Assembly: GCA_964541055.1 (NCBI GenBank)
Contig: CAZIQR010000003.1
Span: forward strand, 1 to 36,574
Origin: an uncultured Eubacteriales bacterium
GTDB taxonomy: Bacteria; Acidobacteriota; Aminicenantia; Aminicenantales; Saccharicenantaceae
Direction: 5' to 3'
Length of the DNA: 36,574 nucleotides
The stretch's first letter is position 1. The number at the start of each line of letters is the position of its first letter. The translations under genes and the position numbers were made by a program. Of the stretch, positions 17,211 to 25,956 are shown in pieces. The notes under the pieces were generated by a model that was given only the letters and a program-made list of their open reading frames with translations, was not told the origin of the DNA and did no database searches.

Positions 17211-18151
17211 TTCTTGTCCTTTCGCGTCCGCAGGATGGACGACGGCTCGTCGGCGATCTCCCGGGAGAAGCGGGCCAGGTTCTCGATGGCGACGCCGAGG
17301 TTGGCAAACGTCCGCTGGAGCTCGGACTGCTGCTCGAGAAGGACGCTCTCGACCTTCTTCAGGCTGACCGAGGCCGTCCCGAGGAAATCGCGGACGTCCT
17401 TGATGGCCTGGCCCAGCTCCTCGTCCGAAAACCGCCGCGAGATGTTGCCCAGGGTCTCCTGGGAGCTGGCCTCGACGGTCTTGACCAGCCGGTGGAGGTC
17501 CTCGGTCATGGGGGCGAACGTTTCTGTGGCCCGGGCCAGGTCGGCCGAGGCCTTCTCGAAGCTGGCCAGGGTGTTCTCGAGGGACTTCTGGCGGGATTCG
17601 AGGACGCCCGAGACCGTTTCCGAGCTCTTCCGGGCGTTCTCGAGAAAGGCGCTGAACTTGTCCACGTTCTCCGGCGACAGGACCTCGGTGATCCGCTTGG
17701 CCGTGGTCTCGAAGTTCTTGATGATGTCGTCGGCCTTCTCCCCCAGCCCCCGTCCGGTCGTGATCTCGCCGTGGGCCGGCAGGTTGGGCGACTCGAGCGA
17801 GCCGCCGCTGACCTCGATGTATTTCTGGCCGGTCAGGCCGACATAGGCCATGAGGGCCGTCATGTCCGCCTTGACGGCCACGCCCTCGCGGGTCTTGACG
17901 TCGACGAGGATCGAATCGAGGTCCGTCGGGTTGACCCGGATGCGGACGACCCGCCCGACCTCCACGCCGCGGTACTTGACGAGCGAGCCGACGATCAGGC
18001 CCTGCACGGACGTGTTCCGGAAGTTGACCGTATAGGTCGTCCCGGCGTCCCGCAGCTTGGGAACGATGAAGAAGCCGGCCACGGCGATGAAGAGGACCGT
18101 GGCCAGGGTCAGGAACACGCCCAGCCGGGTCTTCTGCTCATGTGTCATCAT
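17207..18151 (-). CDS. mlaD: MlaD/MCE-domain substrate-binding protein
   Basis: N-terminal TM helix followed by an MCE domain (YTVNFRNTSVQGLIVGSLVKYRGVEVGRVVRIRV) and a long helical C-terminus. SD GGAAGGA upstream. Confidence 0.85.
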   Translation of the reverse strand: MMTHEQKTRLGVFLTLATVLFIAVAGFFIVPKLRDAGTTYTVNFRNTSVQGLIVGSLVKYRGVEVGRVVRIRVNPTDLDSILVDVKTREGVAVKADMTALMAYVGLTGQKYIEVSGGSLESPNLPAHGEITTGRGLGEKADDIIKNFETTAKRITEVLSPENVDKFSAFLENARKSSETVSGVLESRQKSLENTLASFEKASADLARATETFAPMTEDLHRLVKTVEASSQETLGNISRRFSDEELGQAIKDVRDFLGTASVSLKKVESVLLEQQSELQRTFANLGVAIENLARFSREIADEPSSILRTRKDKK

Positions 18152-18887
18152 GGCTGTCCTTCCTGAGGAGGAATGTCCGGATGAAGAGATCGTCCGACGC
18201 GGCCATCTCGGCGTATTCGCCGTTGAAGCACAGCCCGCCGCGGTCGATGAGGAGGACCCGGTCGGCGATCCGTTCGATCGAACGGAGCTCGTGGGTGACG
18301 ACGACCAGGGTCATCCGGAAGGTCTCCCTCAGCCGGAGCAGGAGGTCGTCGAGGAGCTGCGAGGTGATCGGGTCGAGCCCGGACGACGGCTCGTCGCAGA
18401 AGACGACCTGGGGGTCGAGGACCAGGGCCCGGGCCAGGGCGCCCCGCTTGGTCATCCCGCCCGAGAGCTCGGCCGGGAACTTCGCCGCGCTCGCCGCCAG
18501 ATCGACCTGGGCCAGGCTGGCGTGGACCATGTCCCGGACCATGTCTTCGGGCATGCCCGGGTAGCGCATGCGGATCGGCAGGGCCACGTTCTCGTAGAGG
18601 TTGAGCCCGTTGAGCAGCGCCCCGCCCTGATAGAGGACGCCGATCCGGTCGTAGAGATCGCTCAGGGACGCTTCGGACCGGTAGTCCACGGCCCGACCGG
18701 CGAAATCGAAGCCGCCGGCGAGCGGCGGCAGGAGCCCCGCCAGGGTCTTGAGCATGGTCGACTTGCCGGAGCCGCTGATGCCGGCCACGGCCGTGATGCG
18801 GCCTTCGGGGATGCCGAAGCTCAGCTCTTGAAGGACGGGGCTCCCCCCGTATCCGACGGAGAGCTCGCGGGCGGTGATGATGTCCAT
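18138..18887 (-). CDS. mlaF: ABC transporter ATP-binding protein, MlaF-like
   Basis: Walker A GISGSGKST, signature LSGGMTKR, Walker B VVFCDEPSSGLD. 249 aa. Confidence 0.85.
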   Translation of the reverse strand: MDIITARELSVGYGGSPVLQELSFGIPEGRITAVAGISGSGKSTMLKTLAGLLPPLAGGFDFAGRAVDYRSEASLSDLYDRIGVLYQGGALLNGLNLYENVALPIRMRYPGMPEDMVRDMVHASLAQVDLAASAAKFPAELSGGMTKRGALARALVLDPQVVFCDEPSSGLDPITSQLLDDLLLRLRETFRMTLVVVTHELRSIERIADRVLLIDRGGLCFNGEYAEMAASDDLFIRTFLLRKDSHDDT

Positions 18888-18891
18888 GGCC

Positions 18892-19980
18892 TCAATACAG
18901 GACGAAGGCGAAGATGCAGTCGATGATGATGATGAGCGTCACCGACAGGACGACGGATTCCGTCGTGGCCCGGCCCACTTCCTCGGCGCTCCGCCCGACG
19001 CTCAGGCCCTTGAAGCCGGCGCCGACGACGACGGCCCAGCCGAAGACGACGGTCTTGGCCAGTCCCCAGGCGAAGTCCGTCCAATCGACGGTCGTCACCA
19101 TCTCGGTCAGGAAGGCCGCGGGCGTCATGCGGAACATCACCTGGGCGACGACGACGCCGCCGAGGATGCCGACGACATCGGCCAGGGCCACGAGCAGCGG
19201 CACGGCCAGGGTGATGGCGAGCAGGCGCGGGACCATGAGGAACCGCTCCGGGACGACGCCCATGGTCTTCAGAGCGTCGACCTCCTCGAGGACGGTCATG
19301 CTGGCCAGCTCGGCGGTCACGGCCGCGCCGACCTTGCCGGCCAGGATGACGCCGACCATGAGGGGCACGAGCTCGCGGAGCATGGCGTAGCCGACGAGAT
19401 CGGCGAGATAGACTTCGGCCCCGAAGATCTTCAGCTGGTTGGCCGAGGTGATGGAGATGGTCACGCCGACCAGGAAGAGGAGCATGGCGATGATCGGGAA
19501 GGAGCGGTAGCCCATGAAGAAGAGCTGGTTCCAGGTCTCGCCCGGATAGACGCCCTTGCGCTCCTTGAGGTAGGTCCCGAGATGATAGACCTCGTCGCCG
19601 AACATGGCCAGGAACCGGCCCAGGTTCCGGACATGGCCCATGAACCGGTCCGCGACCGCATTCAGGCGCCGGGCGAGCCAGGCATCGCCGGGAACAGCCC
19701 CGGCTTCTTCCCGCTTCGGCGAACGGAGGAAGCTCTCCTCGGCCCGGGCGAGGGCCCCACCGATGTTGACCGCCGTCAGCCCGGCTTCGCGGCTCCGGAT
19801 ATAATGGAGGAAAGCCAGGGTGGAGCTGTCGAACTCCTCGACGTCCCCGAAATCCAGGGTCACGGGGCACGCCTCGCTGCGGCGCAGCTCCTCGAGGACC
19901 GCGACCACGTCCGGCGCGCGGAAGCGCTTCGGCAGCAGGATCCTGCCGGAGGCGGCCTGCGTTTCCAGCGTCGCGCTCAT
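18892..19980 (-). CDS. mlaE: MlaE-family permease with fused N-terminal STAS (MlaB-like) domain
   Basis: The C-terminal ~260 aa form a MlaE-type permease (FGAEVYLADLVGYAMLRELVPLMVGVILAGKVGAA). The first ~100 aa look like STAS (VTLDFGDVEEFDSSTLAFLHYI). The ATG overlaps the upstream TGA (ATGA at 19977-19980). Confidence 0.85.
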   Translation of the reverse strand: MSATLETQAASGRILLPKRFRAPDVVAVLEELRRSEACPVTLDFGDVEEFDSSTLAFLHYIRSREAGLTAVNIGGALARAEESFLRSPKREEAGAVPGDAWLARRLNAVADRFMGHVRNLGRFLAMFGDEVYHLGTYLKERKGVYPGETWNQLFFMGYRSFPIIAMLLFLVGVTISITSANQLKIFGAEVYLADLVGYAMLRELVPLMVGVILAGKVGAAVTAELASMTVLEEVDALKTMGVVPERFLMVPRLLAITLAVPLLVALADVVGILGGVVVAQVMFRMTPAAFLTEMVTTVDWTDFAWGLAKTVVFGWAVVVGAGFKGLSVGRSAEEVGRATTESVVLSVTLIIIIDCIFAFVLY

Positions 19981-22900
19981 CTCGCCTCCCGCGGGAGGAC
20001 GATCACGGACTGGCAGAGGGCCGGAGCGGTCGCGGGAAAGACTGCGGTCTCTGCGCCGGCCCGGGACTCGATATAATACTCGATCGCCCCGGCCGGGGCC
20101 GGCAGGACGGCGGTAAAGACGCCGCGGGCCTGATGGCGGAAAGGCAGGCGGCGGAAGGAGCCCCGGCCGAGAGGACGCCAGGCGAGCTCAACGGACGACG
20201 GCGGCTCCTTCGAGAGGACCAGGGCCCTAAGGCTCAAGGCTTCGCCGGCTTCAAGGGAGGTCCGGACGGCCGGCACGACGATACGGGCCGGACCATCGTA
20301 GGCCGTCGAAAGCCCCAGTCCCGCCGGGAGGCCGCCGCCCCGAAGGGCGACGAGCTCGGCCTCGGGCCGCTCCCAGGCGCCGGGCAGGAGATGCTGTTCC
20401 CAATTGGCGATCGTGCCCAGCTCGCCGGTCGTGCTGACGGTGGCCAGCAGGGCGTCGAAGATGCGCTCGAGCGTCGCGGCCATCTCGGCCCGGAGCGGAA
20501 AGACCTCGGCTTCAAGGACGGCCGTCCTGGCCGGGGCGGCGGCGGCCTTGGCTTTCCCGGCCGCCTTGTTGTACCGGGCCCAGAGCCCGTTGAAACGGGC
20601 CACGTCCCTCATATAGCTGAAGCTGGCCAGCCAATAGGCGAAACGCTCCCGGTTCCCCGCGCCGGCGATCCGGGGCTCGAGGGCGGCCAGCTCGTCGGCG
20701 AAGGCGTAGGCCGGAGCGACCTCCTCCCAGGGTCTGGGGTCGGGCTGGATGTTGCCGGGTCCGCCGATCCAGGTGACGGGGACCGGATGGCGGCCGTCGA
20801 TCCGGGCGAAGACCGCGGCGATCTCGTCGGCCGCCTCAGGCCCGAATTGCGCCCTGGCCCAATCGCGGTAGAGATCGAGCGTCCCGAGGCTTCTCTCCGT
20901 TTCCGGCCAGTCCGCCTCGTAGTCGAGGACGGCCGGTCCGCCGCAGTTGATCTTCTTCGCGAAATTTCGTCCCTTGATGACCATGCCGGCCAGGGCCGGG
21001 TAGTGGATGCGGTCGGCGAAGTCGATGACGAGGAGGCCGTCGGCGACCTCGATCCCCGGGAACGTCAGGTCGAGGGCGCGGAGGGCGCCGACCCGGGCGA
21101 AGATGTCGACGCTCGCGGCGACCTTGCGGCCTTGAACGATGATGTCGAAGACGCGCGCCCGGGGCCGGTCCACGGCGCCCTCGACAAGCTGCAGCGTCAC
21201 GGCGTAGGTCCCGTTGGGCACCTTGAGGTGATAGCCAAAGACCCGGTCGCGGACATCTTCGTAAACGGCCGCCTGTCCGGCCGCGCCGGCGATCGGCTTT
21301 CCCTTGAAGCTGAGAAATTGACCGGTGATCGGCCCGACATCGTCGGCCACCCGCCGCGGCAGGGTGTTCCAGCCCTGGTCCCAGGCGGCCCGGGCGAGCG
21401 CGAGGACGTTGGCCGAGAGGACGCGCGTCCGCCAGTGGATGCCGAGGAGGCCGTCGCAGCCGTAGCGAAGGGCGTCGGCGGCGTCACGGCGCATCCGGCC
21501 GGCCCAGAGCTGGGGCGAGGTCAGGGCCGGATCGTCCTCCATCCACGGAATGGCCCAGAGCGGGCGCCCGTGGACGCGGGAGAAGCCGGGATCGACGGGC
21601 GCCTTGCCCACCTCGCGGTTGATCGCGCTCAGGGCCACGTCCTTGGGCAGGGCCTGGTCGAAGAGGGTCCGGTTGGACGGCGGACCAAGGACCCACCCGC
21701 ACGTGGCCAGGCGGAACGGAGGCGCGGCCTCCTTCCAGGCCTGGACCGCCATTTCCAGATCGGTCGTCACCGACCGGATGGCCTCGGGCGAGGCGTCGTC
21801 CCAGGTCCAGCCCTCGTTCGTCCAGAACCAGTAGTAATCGACGGGATAGGCGGCCGCGATCCGCTGGAACATGGCCTTGTAGACGTCCTTCACGACGGCC
21901 GGATCCCTGGGATCAAGGCCCGACGCGGTCAAGCGGGCCTCGACCTGGTCGGGAATGGTCAGGGCCGTTTCCGCGCCCACGCAGGTCTTGACGCCGAGGC
22001 GGCGGGCCAGACCGAAGGCTTCCCGGAAAACGGCCGCGGCCCTGTTGAAGACCTCGTTCGAGGCCTCGGGGGTCGCGGGATCGGGACAGAAGCCCTCCAT
22101 GACATCGTTGCCGAAATCGTCGCGGTCGAAGAGGAGGGAGGCGCCGGCGTGAAAATCGCCGGTCTTCTTGGCCTCATAGCCCCAATTGCCCCGGGCGGTG
22201 TTCTGGTAGCTCGACGGGTAGCTGGCCGTGACCCGGCCGTCGGCCCCGAACTCCCCCGGGCGCCCGATCCAGACCGTCGGCTCGGCGTTCGGCGTGGCCC
22301 CGTGCGCCTTGTTCGGGTTCTCGGGATAGGTGTGGAGGCCGAAGAAGTTCATCTTGAGCTTGGCGAGCTGGCCGAGGACGGTCTTGTAATTCTCGAGGGT
22401 CCACCAGTCGGGGCCTTCGGCGAAATCGTGGAAGGGCTGGATGCCGCGGACGGCGAAGAGGGGGTGGCCGGTCTCGTCGAGATCGAGCCGGGGCATGGGG
22501 ATCGTGCCGTCGGGAACGACGTCGCCCTCGAGGCCGAAGCGGACGCCGAGCTTTTCCGCGAGCTGGTAGGCGGCGTAGAGAACGCCCGAGCCTCCGCCGC
22601 CGGCGACGAGAACGCGGCGCTTGGCGCCGGACCGGAACGTCTCCAGCCAGTAATCCTCGGGTCCCAGGGAAAAAAGCCTGGCCGACGCTTCGGCGTCCTC
22701 GAGTCCGCGGGCCGCAGCGCTTTCCCTTTCGAGCACGATCACGGCTCCGTCCGGGATCCGGGCGAACGAACGGACCTCTTTGACGGCGGGCAGAAGGCCC
22801 GTCCTCAGATAGATGTAGCGCTGGATCTCGGCGGCTGCGACCCGCTCATGCCAGGTGGCGCCGCGCCCCAAGAAAATGGCAGGGAGGGGCTTGGGCCGGG

Positions 22901-22985
22901 CGCATGCCGAGAGAGCGAAAAGGCCGGAAAAAAGAACGAGACCCGGCCAGGCAAATCGGGTCCGCCCGTTGAACCTGATGCTCAT
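19977..22985 (-). CDS. Large glycoside-hydrolase-like lipoprotein with malectin-type carbohydrate-binding domain
   Basis: Lipoprotein signal MSIRFNGRTRFAWPGLVLFSGLFALSA-C. An N-terminal module resembles the GH20b/GH67N-type domain (VLVAGGGGSGVLYAAYQLAEKLGVRF). The barrel-like core reads IQPFHDFAEGPDWW...KMNFFGLHTYPE. The malectin-like stretch reads FGYHLKVPNGTYAVTLQLVEG...RVFDIIVQGRKV...VDIF. I prefer the start at 22985 because a TTGAAA-17-TAGAAT promoter ends 2 nt before the alternative ATG at 23012. Confidence 0.65.
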   Translation of the reverse strand: MSIRFNGRTRFAWPGLVLFSGLFALSACARPKPLPAIFLGRGATWHERVAAAEIQRYIYLRTGLLPAVKEVRSFARIPDGAVIVLERESAAARGLEDAEASARLFSLGPEDYWLETFRSGAKRRVLVAGGGGSGVLYAAYQLAEKLGVRFGLEGDVVPDGTIPMPRLDLDETGHPLFAVRGIQPFHDFAEGPDWWTLENYKTVLGQLAKLKMNFFGLHTYPENPNKAHGATPNAEPTVWIGRPGEFGADGRVTASYPSSYQNTARGNWGYEAKKTGDFHAGASLLFDRDDFGNDVMEGFCPDPATPEASNEVFNRAAAVFREAFGLARRLGVKTCVGAETALTIPDQVEARLTASGLDPRDPAVVKDVYKAMFQRIAAAYPVDYYWFWTNEGWTWDDASPEAIRSVTTDLEMAVQAWKEAAPPFRLATCGWVLGPPSNRTLFDQALPKDVALSAINREVGKAPVDPGFSRVHGRPLWAIPWMEDDPALTSPQLWAGRMRRDAADALRYGCDGLLGIHWRTRVLSANVLALARAAWDQGWNTLPRRVADDVGPITGQFLSFKGKPIAGAAGQAAVYEDVRDRVFGYHLKVPNGTYAVTLQLVEGAVDRPRARVFDIIVQGRKVAASVDIFARVGALRALDLTFPGIEVADGLLVIDFADRIHYPALAGMVIKGRNFAKKINCGGPAVLDYEADWPETERSLGTLDLYRDWARAQFGPEAADEIAAVFARIDGRHPVPVTWIGGPGNIQPDPRPWEEVAPAYAFADELAALEPRIAGAGNRERFAYWLASFSYMRDVARFNGLWARYNKAAGKAKAAAAPARTAVLEAEVFPLRAEMAATLERIFDALLATVSTTGELGTIANWEQHLLPGAWERPEAELVALRGGGLPAGLGLSTAYDGPARIVVPAVRTSLEAGEALSLRALVLSKEPPSSVELAWRPLGRGSFRRLPFRHQARGVFTAVLPAPAGAIEYYIESRAGAETAVFPATAPALCQSVIVLPREAR

Positions 22986-23014
22986 GGGTCGCTGATCCGC
23001 TCCTGGTGTCATCC

Positions 23015-23043
23015 ATTCTATTATAGGCAGGACCTCTTTTCAA
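23015..23043 (-). promoter_or_regulatory. Sigma-70-type promoter TTGAAA-17-TAGAAT for the glycosidase-Mla operon
   Basis: On the - strand: TTGAAA (23043-23038), a 17-nt spacer, TAGAAT (23020-23015). Confidence 0.55.
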
Positions 23044-23070
23044 CGCGGCCGGGCGCGCCCGGGGCCCGTG

Positions 23071-23099
23071 TTGACGGCTCCGGCGGTCCGGGATATCAT
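23071..23099 (+). promoter_or_regulatory. Sigma-70-type promoter TTGACG-17-TATCAT for URO-D paralogue 2
   Basis: TTGACG 23071-23076 and TATCAT 23094-23099. Ten nt separate the -10 from ATG 23110, so the leader would be only a few nt with no SD. Confidence 0.5.
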
Positions 23100-23109
23100 C
23101 GTCCCGCCC

Positions 23110-24189
23110 ATGACCATCCGAGAACGGTTCAACAAGGTCTTCCGCTGGGAGAGGCCGGACCGCCTGCCCGACATGGAGTTCGGCTACTGGGACAAGACGA
23201 TCGCCGTCTGGCACGACCAGGGCTTGCCGGCCGCGTGCCGCGACAATAAGGACGTCGAGCGGCATCTCGGGCTGGAGGGGCTCGAGATCATGCCCGAGGC
23301 GCCCATCAAGCGTGGCCTTTTTCCCGAATTCGAGGAGAAGACGATCGAGCGTCGCGGCGAACGGCGCATCGTCCAGACCAAGGACGGGGCCCTCACCGAG
23401 ATGCTCGATTACGATTCCTCGATGCCCAAGTTCCTCAAGTTCGCGATCGAAACGCGGGAGGACTGGGAGCGGGTCCGGGACGAGCGGCTCGACCCGGACG
23501 AGGCCGGCCGGGTGGGGGACGTCCGGGCGGCCGTCGAGGCGGCCCACGCCGACGGCATGCCGATCCTTTTCCATTGCGGCTCGCTCTACGGTTGGCTCCG
23601 GGACTGGATGGGTCTCGAGAACCTGTCCATCGCCCTGATAACCGACCGGGACTGGGTCGAGGAGATGATGGAGCACATCACCCGGATGGACCTCGAGCTC
23701 ATCGAGCGCCACATCCCGGGGGGCGGCGCGATCGACGTCGCCTGGTGGTGGGAGGACATGTGCTATAACCACGGGCCGCTGATGTCGCCCAAGCTCTTCG
23801 AAGCGCTCATGGTCCCCCGCTACAAGCGCATCACCGACGCCCTCAAGGCCAAGGGCATCTTTGTCAACGTCCTCGATTGCGACGGGCGGATCTACGATCT
23901 CGTGCCCGGGTGGCTGCGGGGGGGCATCAACTGCATGTTCCCCATCGAGGCGGCCCACACGGACCCCTGGAAGCTGCGGAACAACTACGGGAGCGACGTT
24001 CTGCTTCTGGGCGGGGTGGACAAGCGGGCCCTCATCTCGGGGCGGGAGGCCATCGACCGTGAGCTCGAGAAGCTCCATCCCCTGGTCGAGCGCGGCGGCT
24101 ACCTGCCCTGCGTCGACCACCGCGTCCCGCCGGATGTGACGTACGCGAACTACCTCTACTATCTCGAAAAGAAAAAAGCGATCCTCTAG
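23110..24189 (+). CDS. Uroporphyrinogen-decarboxylase (URO-D-like) family protein, second paralogue
   Basis: 359 aa. IRERFNKVFRWERPDRLP at the N-terminus and GGYLPCVDHRVPPDV at the C-terminus fit the URO-D fold family. I prefer ATG 23110 to the GTG at 23068, which lies inside the predicted promoter. Confidence 0.8.
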   Translation: MTIRERFNKVFRWERPDRLPDMEFGYWDKTIAVWHDQGLPAACRDNKDVERHLGLEGLEIMPEAPIKRGLFPEFEEKTIERRGERRIVQTKDGALTEMLDYDSSMPKFLKFAIETREDWERVRDERLDPDEAGRVGDVRAAVEAAHADGMPILFHCGSLYGWLRDWMGLENLSIALITDRDWVEEMMEHITRMDLELIERHIPGGGAIDVAWWWEDMCYNHGPLMSPKLFEALMVPRYKRITDALKAKGIFVNVLDCDGRIYDLVPGWLRGGINCMFPIEAAHTDPWKLRNNYGSDVLLLGGVDKRALISGREAIDRELEKLHPLVERGGYLPCVDHRVPPDVTYANYLYYLEKKKAIL

Positions 24190-24208
24190 GCCGGTCCGGG
24201 CCTGAACA

Positions 24209-25891
24209 TCAGGCTGCGGCCGCACGCTCCAGCCGCTTCATCACTAAGAAAATGAAGCCCGCGGACAGCAAACAGGCCGCGACGAGGATGCCCCACACGG
24301 CCGCGAGCGGCAGGCGCTCCCAGAAGAAGGCGGTCACCCCGACCAGCGAATTGCCGACGGCCGTGGCCGCGAACCAGCCGCCCTGCATCAGCCCTTTGTA
24401 TTTAGGGGGAGCGACCTTCGAAACGAACGAGATGCCGATCGGGCTGAGGAAGAGTTCGGCGACGGTCAGCATGAAATAGGTCGAGATAAGCCAGTAGGCG
24501 GAGACCTGTGAGGCGGCCGGGGCGACCAAGCCGCCGAGGGCCTTCGGGCTCATCAGGTGGAGCGACCCGATGACCAGGATGGTGTAGGCGCCGGCCGTCA
24601 GGAGCATGCCGATACCGATCTTGCGCGGCGAAGACGGCTCCTTCCCGCGGCGGTTGAGCCAGGCGAAGAGGCCGATGACGAGAGGAGTCAGGGCGACGAT
24701 GAAGAACGGGTTGAAGTGCTGGAACATCTGGGGCTGGAAAGGGTTGACCGCGCTGTATCCTCGATAGCGGAGATAGGCCAGAACGCCGAAGATGATAAAA
24801 GAGGCCGCTCCCAGGGTCCGGGCCAATCGTCCCGAGGCTTTCTTGACAAGGAAGACGAAGCCGACGACGGAGAGAAGGATCGGCAGCAGGCCGCCCATAT
24901 CGAACCAGAGGAAGGTGGCCTTGCCGACGCTCGGGACGGTATAGTCCCGGGCAAAGGACAGCAAGGTCACGGCGCTCTGCTGGAAGGCCATCCAGAAAAA
25001 GATGACGACGAAGAAGACGAGGCCGAGGGCGATGAGCCGCTCGCGGGTTTGCTCCCGGGTCAACTCGACGACCTGGGACTTGTGGGCCTCGGACTTGGCC
25101 TTCTGGCGCTCGGAAAGCGCAGCCAGAGCGTAGTGCTTGCGGAAGGCCCAGAAGACGATCATGGAAATGATGAGGCTGAGGCAGGCGACGCCGAAGCCGA
25201 AATGATAGGACTTGCTCAGCTGGTTGATATAGCGCCCGGCAAAGTCGCCCAGGGTGGCCAGGGTGACGGTCGTGTCCTGGCCCTGGGCGATCGAGAGGAA
25301 CGACGAGGCGTCGGGGAGCTTGCCCCTGAGGAAGTCGTTGGCCAGGGCGGGGACGCGGGCGTCATAGATGAAGTGGGACTTGCCGAGGACCCAATTGACC
25401 ATGGCCATGGACGCCGAAGGGGCGAACATGGCCCCGATGTTGATGCCCATGTAAAAGATATTGAAGGCCCGGTCGCGCATGGGCGAGTACTTCGGGTCGT
25501 CATAGAGGTTGCCGACGAGGGCCTGGAGGTTGCCCTTGAAGAGGCCGGTGCCCAGGGCGATGACGGCGAGGGCGCCAATGACGAGCGCTAAACCCGTGTC
25601 CATGGCCGTCGGCAGCGCCAGCAGGACATAGCCGATGAACATGACGACGATCCCCAGGCTGATCGTCCGGCCGTAGCCCAGGAATCGGTCGGCCAGGAAG
25701 CCGCCGAGGAGCGGAAAGATATAGACGCCAACCATGAACATCGCGTAGATGAAGCCCGCGGTGGCTACGGACATGCCGTACTTGGCCTGCATGAACAGAA
25801 GGAAGATGCTGACCATGGTGTAGAAGCCGAAGCGCTCGCCCATGTTGGCGAAGAAGGCGACGAACAGGCCTTTCGGGTGTCCTTTGAACAT
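24209..25891 (-). CDS. POT/PTR2-family proton-dependent di/tripeptide transporter
   Basis: N-terminus GHPKGLFVAFFANMGERFGFYTM carries the ExxERFxYY-type motif. 560-aa polytopic protein. Confidence 0.9.
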   Translation of the reverse strand: MFKGHPKGLFVAFFANMGERFGFYTMVSIFLLFMQAKYGMSVATAGFIYAMFMVGVYIFPLLGGFLADRFLGYGRTISLGIVVMFIGYVLLALPTAMDTGLALVIGALAVIALGTGLFKGNLQALVGNLYDDPKYSPMRDRAFNIFYMGINIGAMFAPSASMAMVNWVLGKSHFIYDARVPALANDFLRGKLPDASSFLSIAQGQDTTVTLATLGDFAGRYINQLSKSYHFGFGVACLSLIISMIVFWAFRKHYALAALSERQKAKSEAHKSQVVELTREQTRERLIALGLVFFVVIFFWMAFQQSAVTLLSFARDYTVPSVGKATFLWFDMGGLLPILLSVVGFVFLVKKASGRLARTLGAASFIIFGVLAYLRYRGYSAVNPFQPQMFQHFNPFFIVALTPLVIGLFAWLNRRGKEPSSPRKIGIGMLLTAGAYTILVIGSLHLMSPKALGGLVAPAASQVSAYWLISTYFMLTVAELFLSPIGISFVSKVAPPKYKGLMQGGWFAATAVGNSLVGVTAFFWERLPLAAVWGILVAACLLSAGFIFLVMKRLERAAAA

Positions 25892-25947
25892 GCTTCACCG
25901 TCCTCGGAGGGGATTGGGAAAACGGCCGTTGGTGTTCGAGGCCTGGG

Positions 25948-25956
25948 ATTCTATCA
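25948..25956 (-). promoter_or_regulatory. Extended -10 promoter TGaTAGAAT for the POT transporter
   Basis: On the - strand: TGA (25956-25954, also the stop codon of the DUF853 gene) followed by TAGAAT (25953-25948). The SD-like GAGGACGG lies before ATG 25891. Confidence 0.45.

Noticed and set aside
20133-24225. ORFs 20133-23249 (+, 1038 aa) and 22846-24225 (-, 459 aa).
   Set aside because: They are antisense to the glycosidase-like lipoprotein and URO-D paralogue 2 respectively. They also cross the promoter-containing intergenic region, so they are shadow ORFs.
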